A DNA stretch of 64,000 bases from Epithemia pelagica. Its lineage: Eukaryota > Protista > Bacillariophyta. The stretch covers positions 3,472,001 to 3,536,000 of the forward strand of contig OX337235.1 in NCBI GenBank assembly GCA_946965045.2, written 5' to 3'. Of the stretch, positions 46,432 to 57,657 are shown one piece after another; position 1 is the stretch's first letter, and the number at the start of each line of letters is the position of its first letter. The position numbers and the translations under genes are program-made. Below the pieces are notes generated by a model that worked only from the letters and a program-made list of their open reading frames with translations, ran no database searches and was not told where the DNA came from.

Positions 46432-47442
46432 GCTACAGAACAGACCACGTTTTGATAAGAGCGGGGGTGTCTGTCGTCGCTCGTCGTTCGGTTTGCTGCG
46501 ATGGAAAATCGGATCGTGATTCGTGATTCGTGACTCGTTTTTCACCCTCGATAGTACGAACCACTTCTTGTGGTTTCAAATGATGTCCATATTATATAAC
46601 CAATAAAGTGTCCGAAGGAGTGTTATTGCTCACATGGTCTATGGGGATGATGGTCACGGACTCTGGATCCAATGGTTCTGTCATTATCAAGGTTACTCTC
46701 CAAAAATACTAGAGATTCGAGATAGACATAGACGTTGCGCGTTTCAATTGCCCAAGGATACACCCCACATAGCACAGATAGCAAGACGATCACATGATGT
46801 TGGCATAGGTGGCACAACAACAACAACAACAACAACGAGGACCACCATTGCTTCTTCCCATGGAATCTTGAGAGACTATCAAACAATAGAAACCGTCCTT
46901 ATTCTTATGATTTGTATCATTCTCTCGGCTCTCCTCCTCTCAACCACCTACCTCCATATAAGGAAGTTACTAAATAGCAAGCTGTGGATCTATCAAACGT
47001 GTCGCGCACGCATTCCAACCTTCGGACATGGATACGGATACCATACCCAACGACGACAATGAGCACGGGTGTCTCGTGACGACGACGACGACAAGTCTCC
47101 AAACCCATCGCATGGAGAGACTGTGTACCAAGAAAATGTCGTCGTGGTGAATCATGGATTGCAGACTATGGTTTCGCGGTTGCTCCGGATCGTTTCGTTG
47201 GTAGGGTGGTGGTTGTGTGTGATACAAGGACATTTTATGACAAGAAGAGAAACAGTCCTGCTGCGGCAACACACCCCACACGCTACAGTGTTCTGGACTC
47301 ACTCCTCATCCACTCGACACTTGGACTCGTACATGGGTATCTGTGTGTGCCACCCAGAATACCCTGCTCTATAGATGCGGCTGTCGCCATGGTGTTGTGT
47401 GCGGGAAAGGTGTTTTGGTTCTTGAGCTAGTCGCCGTGGTCA

Positions 47443-48750
47443 TCATGACTCCGTGGTTTTGTTGTTGTGGTTGTCGTCTTTGGTGTCGTCCTGGTCTTTT
47501 GTTTCGTCGAGTCGTCCCAAATAGGCCAGACAGGCGACTTGATGCACAATGTGCGCCGTCAACCCCCAAATGCGATAGGGTTCCGCCTTGTTGTCGTTGT
47601 CTTTCTTGTTTTGGTTGTCCTTGTCGTCCTTGGGATACAAATAGGTTCGCACCCAAAAGGTTTGACCGCCCGTCCATTCCACGGCATACTTTTCCTCGGA
47701 TAAATGACCCTGCGATTCCAAAAAATACGACAGGGGTACCGAAAAGACAGCCTCGACTTCGTCGGGAGAGGCCGTCACCCAGTTCTTCCAGTCATGACGA
47801 CCATTGGTGACAGTTGGTGGCGTTGGAGTAATGGTGGTTGTCTTGGTCTGGACATTCGGGTCTGCTGCGGCTGATTCTGGTGATTTTTGTTGTCGTTCGT
47901 GTGCTTGTCGATTCCAATCGATGACTCCGACCATGGGTGTGACACAGAGGCCATGTTTGGATTCGACGGCCGGCAATCGACACAGTGGCGTAACGGCGCG
48001 AGCGTGCAATCCCACTTCTTCCCAGGCTTCCCGTACGGCTGTGGTCCAATCATTGCCGTCATCTTGGGCATCTTGTCGACCTCCCGGACAACAGACTTCG
48101 CCGGGATGCGAATTGAGATGCCAAGGACGTTGCGTCAACAAAACGTGGAGTTCGGGTTGTGCTGGTGGTGGTGGAGATGCCGTACTGTCCTTGTTGTCGT
48201 CCTTGTCTTGGGACGTCTCGGGAGTGGGCCATAAAAACAAGGGGACCAACACACTGGCTCGTTTTCGATGGCGCAACAAGACATGTTCCTTGGCTTGCAT
48301 CCCCACGGTTTGCAATAGATGCTTCCAATCTTCCTTGTCAGTCTCGACACGAGTAGTGATAGGGACAGCAGGTGGTGTGCTAGTGCTCGTCGTCGTCATG
48401 GCCGCAGAGACAACGTGTGGAACACGACGATTCCTCCAAGTCGACAAGACTCCAAACCACCCCGATAGCAGCCACACCAAGAAGAAAAATGACCCGCGTC
48501 GAACCTTGAAAGAATGGTTCTTGTGGTGGTGCTGGTATGAGCTCCTCAAGGACAACGAGGACGACGACAACGACGACACACACAAGAATCGACACACAAG
48601 AATCGTCTCGAGCATGCAACAGCAACAGCACCAACACCCAAAAAACAGCAGGAGCAGTGGTTGTGTGGTGGTGGTTGTGTGTTCGCTTGTTGTGTGGTTT
48701 GTAAAAGCTGCTCGTTGGCAATTTGCAACGCGCGCAACTCCCATACTCAC
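47443..48750 (-). CDS. Nudix hydrolase, NUDT7/NUDT8 (CoA pyrophosphatase)-like; start codon uncertain
   Basis: RASVLVPL...LLTQRPWHLNSHPGEVCCPGG (NuCoA-like motif), Nudix box GGRQDAQDDGNDWTTAVREAWEEVGL, then SPDEVEAVFSVPL and IWGLTA. Confidence 0.88.
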   Translation of the reverse strand: MSMGVARVANCQRAAFTNHTTSEHTTTTTQPLLLLFFGCWCCCCCMLETILVCRFLCVSSLSSSSLSLRSSYQHHHKNHSFKVRRGSFFFLVWLLSGWFGVLSTWRNRRVPHVVSAAMTTTSTSTPPAVPITTRVETDKEDWKHLLQTVGMQAKEHVLLRHRKRASVLVPLFLWPTPETSQDKDDNKDSTASPPPPAQPELHVLLTQRPWHLNSHPGEVCCPGGRQDAQDDGNDWTTAVREAWEEVGLHARAVTPLCRLPAVESKHGLCVTPMVGVIDWNRQAHERQQKSPESAAADPNVQTKTTTITPTPPTVTNGRHDWKNWVTASPDEVEAVFSVPLSYFLESQGHLSEEKYAVEWTGGQTFWVRTYLYPKDDKDNQNKKDNDNKAEPYRIWGLTAHIVHQVACLAYLGRLDETKDQDDTKDDNHNNKTTES

Positions 48751-50050
48751 ACTCGCGTTGGACGGTTGTCGCCGGTGTAGAGTGTAGATCTCTTTTCTCT
48801 TTGTTGGTTGGAGCTTGGAGTTCTATTTGTCTATAGTACCTCCGGCTGAGCGGTTGTGTTGTGGTCGATTCTGGGAGAACGCGCCCTTGTCGCTTGTCTG
48901 GCTAGCTAGCCACCTCTGTTGCGTGCAGGGTGTGGAAGTCAATGCACAGGACCTGCCAACTTAACTTTACCCCTTAAAGTCAAGTCACAAAAGTTGACTG
49001 ACTTAACTTCATCCACCAAAATCACGGCCAACCATCAGGCAACTTGACTTTATACATAAAGTCATCCAACCAGATCCTCATGACTTGACTTCTAGAGTTA
49101 AAGTCAGAGACTCAAATACACTGACTTGACTTTAAGTATAGTTGACTTGACTTAAAGTCAATGACTTCATGACTTAAAGTCAACTTCACCCCATACTACG
49201 CACAGAAACATTGGTATTTGTTACTGCGGACACGGAGATATACGAGGGAAGTTGTGAAGTCACTGTCATATAGAAGTTGACTTGACTTGGGACATAAAGT
49301 CACTAGCAGTAATATGGTTGACTTGACTTTAAGTACCCCCCAGCGGGGGTGAGTAGTCGGGTCGCATATGTGTCGTGCTTTTGGTGTGCAAACTCTTACT
49401 CACCCCCAAGGCGCGACCTCTGCGCTCCCAGTACTGACACAAACCTCCAAACGACCACCTGCATTCATCGCGGCAATGGAGATATGGAGCCGTGCTTACG
49501 GACCCTACAATGTCTTCTTCGTCACACAAACGCCGTCGCACTTCCCAGAAATCCATTAGAAAGCTACATGCTTCCCGCGGCGTGGCCATTCCTCCTGCAT
49601 CCGAAGCAAAAGGAGAATCAAGCGTCCTCATCACAGAACCCACCACAAACGCGTTGGAGGGAGATGAGGGCGGGATGAGGGCGAGATGAGACAATGGACT
49701 TTCACCATGTCGAAGAGTCATGGTGGATGAGGTATAGTGCTTTCTATATGGGGCTGGATTTTTGCATTACACGACAGGTGACAATACGGTTCCTAACGAT
49801 CAATCGTGTTCTCATGTCTTTTCCATCTGATTCTTGATCGGATGAAGCCTTGTTCAGTGTTCTCATGATCCGATTGAAAACAAGAGAGGAACTGGAAAAG
49901 GAGGAGGTAGAAAATTCGACGGATTATGAAGCTCATTTGGTCAATCGGATGCCGATGGCATGTCTCAGAGAGAACGACGTGGGCTCGAGGCATAATGAAA
50001 CAAGAACGACATGCAGTTCCACAACAGCAACAACGACCTCGGGAGGAAGG

Positions 50051-50833
50051 TGTTAGAATTCTCACCGTCTATGGTGGTTAGATTCTACATCTCATCGATT
50101 CCCCATGTCACATAGCCTCGTGCTATCGCATCATGCCCTCTAGCTTCGAGCTATGTTTCCTAGCTTCGCGCTATATCGACCTATATTTCTTCGCAAATCA
50201 TGAAAAGTGAGAATAGATTGACGAACTCACTCTCAAGACTAAACTGGGTCGTGCGGTATTACAACGGACATAAATTTGGCCGTTGCTCGGACATTATACT
50301 AACGCCCTAAGCGTACGCGCCCGAAATCATCGAGCGCGCCCAAGCGACATCCGAGCGCTATCGGCATCTATCCGATCCAACGGTCTAAGTATCCCAAGCA
50401 CGACACACGATCACGCGAGACCATATTTCCATTCCCACAATCTCCAAATTGTCAACAAGCTGCGCGCCATGAAAACAACTATGCCAACCCAAAGCAAGAG
50501 CTGTTGACCCTGTATATGTTATCCGCCCACATATACATGTCATATACATCACATGAATCAACTCCAACTATTCCAAACCTGTTGCCGCCAAGAACCTATG
50601 ACACATGACCCTTGGCAGGACCGAACATTTCACGTAGACCTATCGTAGTAATCAACACACAATCTAACAATATCACCATTTATCACATCCTCTTTTGTGT
50701 CCCGACTATCCTTCTGATAGACTTCGACTTGCTTGCTTCTCTGACCCTGAGAAGCTTGTATCGGTTGGTGACCTACCTGATTGTCTGCTCTACCGAGCAT
50801 CAATGTCCCTACGATTCAGAAAGAATTGTAACA
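50051..50833 (+). repeat. 5' LTR
   Basis: TGTTAGAATTC...GAATTGTAACA; no difference from 57652-58434 seen by eye. Confidence 0.96.
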
Positions 50834-50851
50834 GATTAACAGTCTCAAAGC
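50834..50851 (+). promoter_or_regulatory. Putative primer-binding site complementary to the anticodon arm of tRNA-Asn(GTT)
   Basis: GATTAACAGTCTCAAAGC directly follows the LTR. Its reverse complement contains GA-CTGTTAA-TC, an Asn anticodon loop with flanking stem bases. Confidence 0.5.
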
Positions 50852-50869
50852 TTATTTCCTTGTGGTTTC

Positions 50870-51649
50870 ATGGATACTAACGAGATTATCACTCCTGTAC
50901 GACAGATCTATCGAGCCAACCTGCATCCCGGGCAGCCCGATACCCTGGTGCAGCAGGAACTGGTGCCGACGCCGAAGGCAGCCAACACATCGGTCAACAT
51001 CTCCGTCGACAGTTCCAACAGCAACCCATTCGAGACTCCAACCCAGCCTCACGCTCCAATCCCTGCGCCGTTGCTTCGGCCCCCGAGTCCGCCTCGTCGG
51101 CTCGTCCCTTCTCGATCCCGTCGTACCACCCGGTTGATTGCTGACCATATCAAGTACTTCCGCCAACCAACTTGTTCGACCTTCGATCCCGAGATCATCC
51201 GTGGGGAGACCCAGATCGAACGCCAGTTCCAATCGGTGACCCACATCGTCGACCAAGAAGACATTGACCGTCTGAACGACCAACTTCATCGTTCTCCGAG
51301 GCGTCGCCTCATCTTTGCCGCCCTCTCGGGCAACCCCATCCGTACTGTCCACCTCCGCTTCCTAACCTTCGAGCGCCCAACTGGATACTACAATACCATC
51401 CACGTCGTGAACGCGACGACTTGCCCTCTGCCTCCTAACGTTGTACGCCTAGATAACTACGTTGCCTACATCCACGAGGTCCATACCATCGAGGACCATC
51501 GTGCAACTATCTACCCTTTGCGTGCCGAGGTCGAGAACCACCTGGCTGAAGGTGATTCCCCTTCTTCTGTTGCTTGTGCTGCCCCATCTGAGCCTGGAAG
51601 CGACTCTGATCATTCGGAAGAGGGTGAGGATTCGGAGACCGAAGCTTAA
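50870..51649 (+). CDS. Extra ORF (259 aa) between the 5' LTR and gag-pol; function unknown
   Basis: Intact ATG-initiated sense ORF inside the element; P/R-rich N-part, acidic C-tail. Confidence 0.7.
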   Translation: MDTNEIITPVRQIYRANLHPGQPDTLVQQELVPTPKAANTSVNISVDSSNSNPFETPTQPHAPIPAPLLRPPSPPRRLVPSRSRRTTRLIADHIKYFRQPTCSTFDPEIIRGETQIERQFQSVTHIVDQEDIDRLNDQLHRSPRRRLIFAALSGNPIRTVHLRFLTFERPTGYYNTIHVVNATTCPLPPNVVRLDNYVAYIHEVHTIEDHRATIYPLRAEVENHLAEGDSPSSVACAAPSEPGSDSDHSEEGEDSETEA

Positions 51650-51969
51650 TTACTCATAGTTAACTCCCGTCCTCTCAAAACCTTTCCAAGACTTAAACTC
51701 AACGCACATCCGGGTACCCTTGGTCGCACAACACGCCACACATTCCCGTCAAATCGCGAAAATTCGGCGAAAATTTGTTGAAACTCGGCGAAAATTTGTC
51801 GAAATCAACGGAAATTTCCAGGAGTCGCACATCACAACACACATCCGGGTATCACATACGTGGTACATACGTGGCACACGTGGTACATCCGGGTTCACAT
51901 CACATCACACATTAAATAAACCACATCACACCGCACATTAAATAAACATCGAACCAACCAAATAACACC

Positions 51970-54900
51970 ATGGATCCTCAATCACCCAAGACACCTACGA
52001 CTCCTAAGGGAGAAGATAACCAAGACAATGTCTCGGACACAGACCTATTCGACCACATCATATTTACTGTCTGCCAATTCTTCACCAAAGAAAGGGCCGA
52101 CTACTTAATGAAGTGGATGAAATACCATGGTTTTGAGAACATTACCCATGTTATCTCGTATATGCAAACTAATACCGAGGAATCCATGAAGGAACTGACA
52201 CAATACAAGGTCAACAAACAGACACATGATCTACAAGGCCCCACAAGACAGCAGATCAAGCTCTTGGCTTATTGGGCCACATACAAGACCAATGAAATTC
52301 AAGACGAGCTATCCAATAGCGACTGGATGAACCTAACGAGGAAAGAGTTCAACACTTGGAGGATCAACACAGATTTCTCTAAGGGACCACCTAGTCAAGT
52401 CCCAGTCTCGCCAATGAAGTCACCGTCATCTGTGAAATCTGTCAGCACAGTTACTGCCGCATCCCAATCTCAACAAGACCTTACAGCATTCAGAAAGGGA
52501 ACTAAGCGCGACGCAACTGCATACGAGGTATTCAAGGATGAACGATACTACGATTCATTCTGGCGTGTATTCAAGACTACAGCTAAGGCTCAAGGCCTAT
52601 CCAACGTCCTGAATTTCAAATACACACCACCCCATGATGATGAGTATGCCGAAGAACTTTTTCAAGAGCAACAAGTATTTCTTTACTCCGTTCTTGTCCG
52701 TATCATTCAGACTGACCAAGGTCGAGCCTATGTACGTGAACATGAACATGATGAAGATGCGCGTGCCGTATTGCAGAAGTTACGCTCTTTGCATACCGAA
52801 TCCGACCTAGCAAAGCGAGAAGTCCTCCGCTTAACCAACTACATTTCCAATCTACGTCTTGACGACACATGGCGCGGAACAACACGTCAATTTCTTCTAC
52901 ACTTTCAAGAGCAGCTACGTTTGCTAGACAATTTAGTGACATTGTCTGATCGCATCCCTGATCATACCAGGATGACCTTCCTCATGCAAGCTGTAGAAAA
53001 GGTACCTGATCTCCGCCGAGTCAAGATCTTGGATAATGTGGTGAACACCAAATCCGGTGCAAAATCCCTTTGCTATCAATCATACTTCCGTCTCCTTCTA
53101 GACGCAGCTTATGACCATGATCAAGCAACCCAGTCATCTGTTCATAGTCGCCGTCGACATGTCAAACAACATGAATCACTATATGGCCAAGATACAGATG
53201 CTGACATAACCTCACAAGATGATATGGAGTATCATGTCCACAACACCAAAGCGACATCTGAATCTCCATCCTCTTCGTCCAAGGTTAGTCTACCGCGTGA
53301 CCTATGGTTCAAACTTTCTGAAGAAGATCGCAAGTTGATCATTGAGTATAACAAGATGATTCAAGCACCTTCATCAACAACACCGAGGACAGTGCAAACA
53401 CATGCCCTCGACATTGATCCGGAACCTGATCCTGACCCCAACCAAGTTGCATCTGATGACGACTCACCTGGCGTAGTCCCTGAGCATTCAGATGATTCAG
53501 ATCCGGTTACACAATTTATCAACCAAGCCATGACGACTGATATCAATCACCCGGCAACTGACCTGACTAGTGTTCTTTCTAACGCCAAGTCCAAGACAAG
53601 CAAGAAGGTTACTTTCAAAGCCAACATGCATAAACAAGCAGGACATGTCCCACGCTATCTGTTTTCCAGGAAATCTACTTTACCAGGGAATCAATTGATT
53701 GACCGTGGTGCTAATGGAGGACTTGCTGGTTCTGACATGCGCATCCTTTCTAAGACTGGCCGTCATATCACTATTGTGGGTATTGATAACCATGAACTTA
53801 CTGGGCTTCCTGTCGTCACATGTGCCGCAAAGTTTGAGACCAATGATGGACCTATTGTCGGCATCTTCAATGAATATGCTTATTATGGGAAGGGCTTATC
53901 TATCCATGCTCCCGGTCAATTCGAGCATTTCGGACTTGCTGTTGATGAACGATCTGTTAAAGTTGATGGTAAACAACGCATCACTACACTTGATGGTCGT
54001 GCCATACCCCTTCACATCAAGGATGGGTTAGCCTACATCCACTCCTTGGGTATCCCCAGCGACGATGACATGGATACCTTACCTCAGATCATCTTCACGT
54101 CACCCGACACATGGGATCCTGGTGTTCTGGACCATTCGTATTCTCCCACACCCTCTGACAATGATCCTGATTGGAAACACGTCAAGACTGATGGTAGTAT
54201 GTCGAACCATCCATATGACAACTATGGGGAGTACACTGATCGTGTTGTTTGTAACCTCAATCTCCTTTTGGATCTCCCATATGATCATGGACCTGACGAC
54301 GCACCCTTCTTTTCTATCTATGCTGACGCAGAAGGTAATGATCCTACACTTCATGCCTCTGTCCACCGTCGTTACCAGGAAGCGTATGACTGGAAGAAGT
54401 TTCGTCCATTCTTTGGTTGGCAATCTGAAGATGTTATTGCCGATACGTTCAAGCACACTACACGTAATGGTAGCATTACTTTTGACCACGACACCCTCAA
54501 GAAACATTTCAAGGCTCGCAATCCGGTCCTTAATATACCTCGACGTCATGAACCCGTTGCTACTGACTCGGTTTTCTCCGACACCCCTGCTGTTGACCAT
54601 GGCGGTAAAGTCGCACAAATCTTTGTTGGTCGAGATACTCTGGTTACTGATATCTATGGGATCAAGTCGACCAAACAGTTTGTCAATACTCTCCAGGATA
54701 ACATCCGGTTTCGTGGTGCCATGGAGACCCTTATCAGTGATGGTGGTTCATCTCTCATCTCTCAAAAGGTCAAAGACATTCTTCGCACTTTGCTTATTGG
54801 GGAGTATCGATCTGAACCTTATCATCAACACCAGAATAAGGCTGAAAACCGTTATCAGACCGTTAAACGTATGACCAACGCTCTCATGAATGCCACTGGT

Positions 54901-57657
54901 TGCCCTGCCAACACCTGGCTTCTTTGCCTTGAGTATGTCTGTGACTTATTGAACCATACGTCATCACCCACCCACTCCGGTCGCACTCCTCTTGAGGCTC
55001 TCTCCGGTCGCCCACCCGACATTACTCCTCTCTTGTTCTTTCCTTTCTGGGATGAGGTTTACTACCGTGTCGACCCCGCTGAACCCAATTCCGGTTCATA
55101 TCCATCTTCTTCTGATGAGAAACTTGGCCACTGGGTTGGTTTTGCTCACAACGTTGGTGATTCTTTTACTTGGAAAATTCTCACCCAGGATAACCAGATA
55201 ATCTATCGTTCTGCCGTTCGCCGTGTTGAATCCACTACACCTAACCTACGTGTGGATCGACCTTCAGGGGAGGATTCGTCTGAGAAGGATGACAATGATA
55301 AGCAAGCTGACACTGTCTTCATTCGCAGTGATAGTGAAGATCCATCCAAACCAATGCCCACGATCGATTTTGACGACATGATAGGACGCACATTCCTATG
55401 CGACACAGAAGAAAATGGGGAGCGACACCGTGCACGTGTCATCAAACGAGTCATTGATCTTAATGAAGAAGCAACGAAACAGGAAGAACGTGTCAAGTAC
55501 ATTTACCGAAAGACAAATTCTGATGTTGATGAGATGATATCCTATAATCAACTCATGGAGTATATCGAACGAGATAACCAAGCTCAAACCTCTGGAGATA
55601 ATCTTTTCAGGTTCAGGGATGTCATTGCCCATCAAGGCCCACTGAACACAACTGATCCAGATTACAAGGGGAGCAAATATAATTTGCTTGTTGATTGGGA
55701 AACTGGGGAGACTACCTATGAACCTTTATCACTCATCGCCAATGATGATCCGATCACTGTAGCAATTTATGGAAAGAAACATGGTTTACTCAACGAACCT
55801 GGATGGAAGCATTTGAAACGTTATGTCAAAACAAGCAAACGTCTCATTCGAGCAGCCAAACAGTCAAGGATTAAACAAGTTCACCATTCCGTCAAGTATA
55901 AGTTTGGATTTCAAGTACCACGCAATTATGAGGAAGCTGTTGCTCTTGATAAACAACATGGCAACACAAAGTGGCAGGATGCAACAGAATTAGAATTGTC
56001 ACAGATCCAGTCCTACAAGACATTCAAGGATTTTGGGAAAGCCATCTTCATTAAAGGGAAAGTATCCAATGCACCTGAAGGATATCATAAGATACGTGTG
56101 CATCTTGTCTTTGACGTAAAACATGATGGACGACATAAAGCAAGACTTGTCGCAGATGGACATCTCACAAAAGAACCTGTTGAGACAATCTATTCAGGTG
56201 TTGTTTCCATTCGCAACCTCCGCATTGCCTTATTCCTGGGTACTTTGAATGACTTGGAAATATGGGGAGCAGATATTGGAAATGCATATCTGGAAGCCTT
56301 GACAGGGGAGAAAATTTTCATTGTCGCAGGACCTGAATTCAAGGAATTAGAAGGTCACATCCTGATTATATACAAGGCACTTTATGGATTGAAGTCATCA
56401 GGCGCACGCTGGCATGATGTCTTATTCGATGTTTTGACAGACATGGGCTTTTCACCAAGCAAAGCAGATCCGGATATCTGGATGAGGAAAGCACCTGGAG
56501 AAGACTGTTACGAATACATTGCCGTATACGTTGATGACTTAGCCATTATTTCTACTGATCCTGGGAATATCTGCAAGATCCTGAAGGAGAAATACAACTT
56601 CAAACTCAAAGGAGATGGACCTATTGATTTCCATTTGGGATGTTGTTACACCAAGGATTCTGATGGAACATTCGTAGCAGATCCAAGACGCTACATTGGT
56701 AAGATGATGGACACTTTCGAACGAATCTTCAAGGAGAAACCCAAGAAAGCCAAAACACCTCTTATTGGTGGAGACCATCCTGAATTGGATGATTCTGAGC
56801 TCCTTGATGAAGAAGGTACTAGCCATTTCCAAACTCTGATTGGACAACTCCAATGGGTGATCACTATTGGTCGTTTCGACGTCTTCACCGCTACAATGAC
56901 GCTATCACGCTTTCGTGCTGCTCCGAGGAAAGGACATCTTGATAGAGCCAAGCGTATCTATGGATACCTTGCACATCTCCCAGAAGGCGCAATCAGATTT
57001 AGGATTGGAGAGCCTGATTATTCAAGTCTTCCTACCCAAGAATTTGATTGGACTCGCACTGTCTATTCGAATGCAAGTGAACGTATTCCTGAAGACTGCC
57101 CAACACCTCTTGGCCGCTATGTTACCACAACTCATTATGTTGATGCCAATCTCATGCATGACATAGTCACTGGTAAATCCGTCACTGCTGTTCTACATTT
57201 GTTGAACGGAACACCTATTGACTGGTACAGCAAGAGACAGAGCACGGTGGAAACTGCTACCTATGGATCCGAGTTTGTGGCTGCAAGGACAGCAATAGAT
57301 CAGATTACAGAATTACGACATTCTCTCCGCTACCTTGGAGTACCTATCCGAGAGCGAAGTTACTTGTACGGAGATAACAGATCTGTTGTGCTCAATGCAA
57401 CCGTTCCTCACTCCATACTATCCAAGAGACACCATCTTCTGTCATACCACCGAGTTCGTGAAGCCATCGCAGCAAAGTATGTTGCATTCTACTGGAAAGA
57501 TGGAAAGACCAACCCTGCCGATATCCTTAGCAAACATTGGGATTTCGTATCTATTTGGCCCATGCTCAAGCCATTGTTGTTTTGGAAAGGAGAAGTTCAA
57601 GATCTCAACAAATCCAATGATGACAAGGCTGAAACGACGAGTTGTGGGGAGTGTTAG
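51970..57657 (+). CDS. Gag-Pol polyprotein (gag, protease, integrase, RT, RNase H), 1895 aa
   Basis: Protease LIDRGANGG; integrase TDSVFSD/ISDGG/NKAENRY; RT KARLVADG, ADIGNAYL, ALYGLKSSG, YVDD; RNase H YVDAN, TYGSEF, GDNRSV, NPADILSK. Copia domain order. Confidence 0.97.
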   Translation: MDPQSPKTPTTPKGEDNQDNVSDTDLFDHIIFTVCQFFTKERADYLMKWMKYHGFENITHVISYMQTNTEESMKELTQYKVNKQTHDLQGPTRQQIKLLAYWATYKTNEIQDELSNSDWMNLTRKEFNTWRINTDFSKGPPSQVPVSPMKSPSSVKSVSTVTAASQSQQDLTAFRKGTKRDATAYEVFKDERYYDSFWRVFKTTAKAQGLSNVLNFKYTPPHDDEYAEELFQEQQVFLYSVLVRIIQTDQGRAYVREHEHDEDARAVLQKLRSLHTESDLAKREVLRLTNYISNLRLDDTWRGTTRQFLLHFQEQLRLLDNLVTLSDRIPDHTRMTFLMQAVEKVPDLRRVKILDNVVNTKSGAKSLCYQSYFRLLLDAAYDHDQATQSSVHSRRRHVKQHESLYGQDTDADITSQDDMEYHVHNTKATSESPSSSSKVSLPRDLWFKLSEEDRKLIIEYNKMIQAPSSTTPRTVQTHALDIDPEPDPDPNQVASDDDSPGVVPEHSDDSDPVTQFINQAMTTDINHPATDLTSVLSNAKSKTSKKVTFKANMHKQAGHVPRYLFSRKSTLPGNQLIDRGANGGLAGSDMRILSKTGRHITIVGIDNHELTGLPVVTCAAKFETNDGPIVGIFNEYAYYGKGLSIHAPGQFEHFGLAVDERSVKVDGKQRITTLDGRAIPLHIKDGLAYIHSLGIPSDDDMDTLPQIIFTSPDTWDPGVLDHSYSPTPSDNDPDWKHVKTDGSMSNHPYDNYGEYTDRVVCNLNLLLDLPYDHGPDDAPFFSIYADAEGNDPTLHASVHRRYQEAYDWKKFRPFFGWQSEDVIADTFKHTTRNGSITFDHDTLKKHFKARNPVLNIPRRHEPVATDSVFSDTPAVDHGGKVAQIFVGRDTLVTDIYGIKSTKQFVNTLQDNIRFRGAMETLISDGGSSLISQKVKDILRTLLIGEYRSEPYHQHQNKAENRYQTVKRMTNALMNATGCPANTWLLCLEYVCDLLNHTSSPTHSGRTPLEALSGRPPDITPLLFFPFWDEVYYRVDPAEPNSGSYPSSSDEKLGHWVGFAHNVGDSFTWKILTQDNQIIYRSAVRRVESTTPNLRVDRPSGEDSSEKDDNDKQADTVFIRSDSEDPSKPMPTIDFDDMIGRTFLCDTEENGERHRARVIKRVIDLNEEATKQEERVKYIYRKTNSDVDEMISYNQLMEYIERDNQAQTSGDNLFRFRDVIAHQGPLNTTDPDYKGSKYNLLVDWETGETTYEPLSLIANDDPITVAIYGKKHGLLNEPGWKHLKRYVKTSKRLIRAAKQSRIKQVHHSVKYKFGFQVPRNYEEAVALDKQHGNTKWQDATELELSQIQSYKTFKDFGKAIFIKGKVSNAPEGYHKIRVHLVFDVKHDGRHKARLVADGHLTKEPVETIYSGVVSIRNLRIALFLGTLNDLEIWGADIGNAYLEALTGEKIFIVAGPEFKELEGHILIIYKALYGLKSSGARWHDVLFDVLTDMGFSPSKADPDIWMRKAPGEDCYEYIAVYVDDLAIISTDPGNICKILKEKYNFKLKGDGPIDFHLGCCYTKDSDGTFVADPRRYIGKMMDTFERIFKEKPKKAKTPLIGGDHPELDDSELLDEEGTSHFQTLIGQLQWVITIGRFDVFTATMTLSRFRAAPRKGHLDRAKRIYGYLAHLPEGAIRFRIGEPDYSSLPTQEFDWTRTVYSNASERIPEDCPTPLGRYVTTTHYVDANLMHDIVTGKSVTAVLHLLNGTPIDWYSKRQSTVETATYGSEFVAARTAIDQITELRHSLRYLGVPIRERSYLYGDNRSVVLNATVPHSILSKRHHLLSYHRVREAIAAKYVAFYWKDGKTNPADILSKHWDFVSIWPMLKPLLFWKGEVQDLNKSNDDKAETTSCGEC

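Noticed and set aside
46634-47374. Possible spliced membrane-protein gene (ORFs 46634..47062, 47069..47374)
   Set aside because: One hydrophobic stretch but no domain or convincing exon structure.
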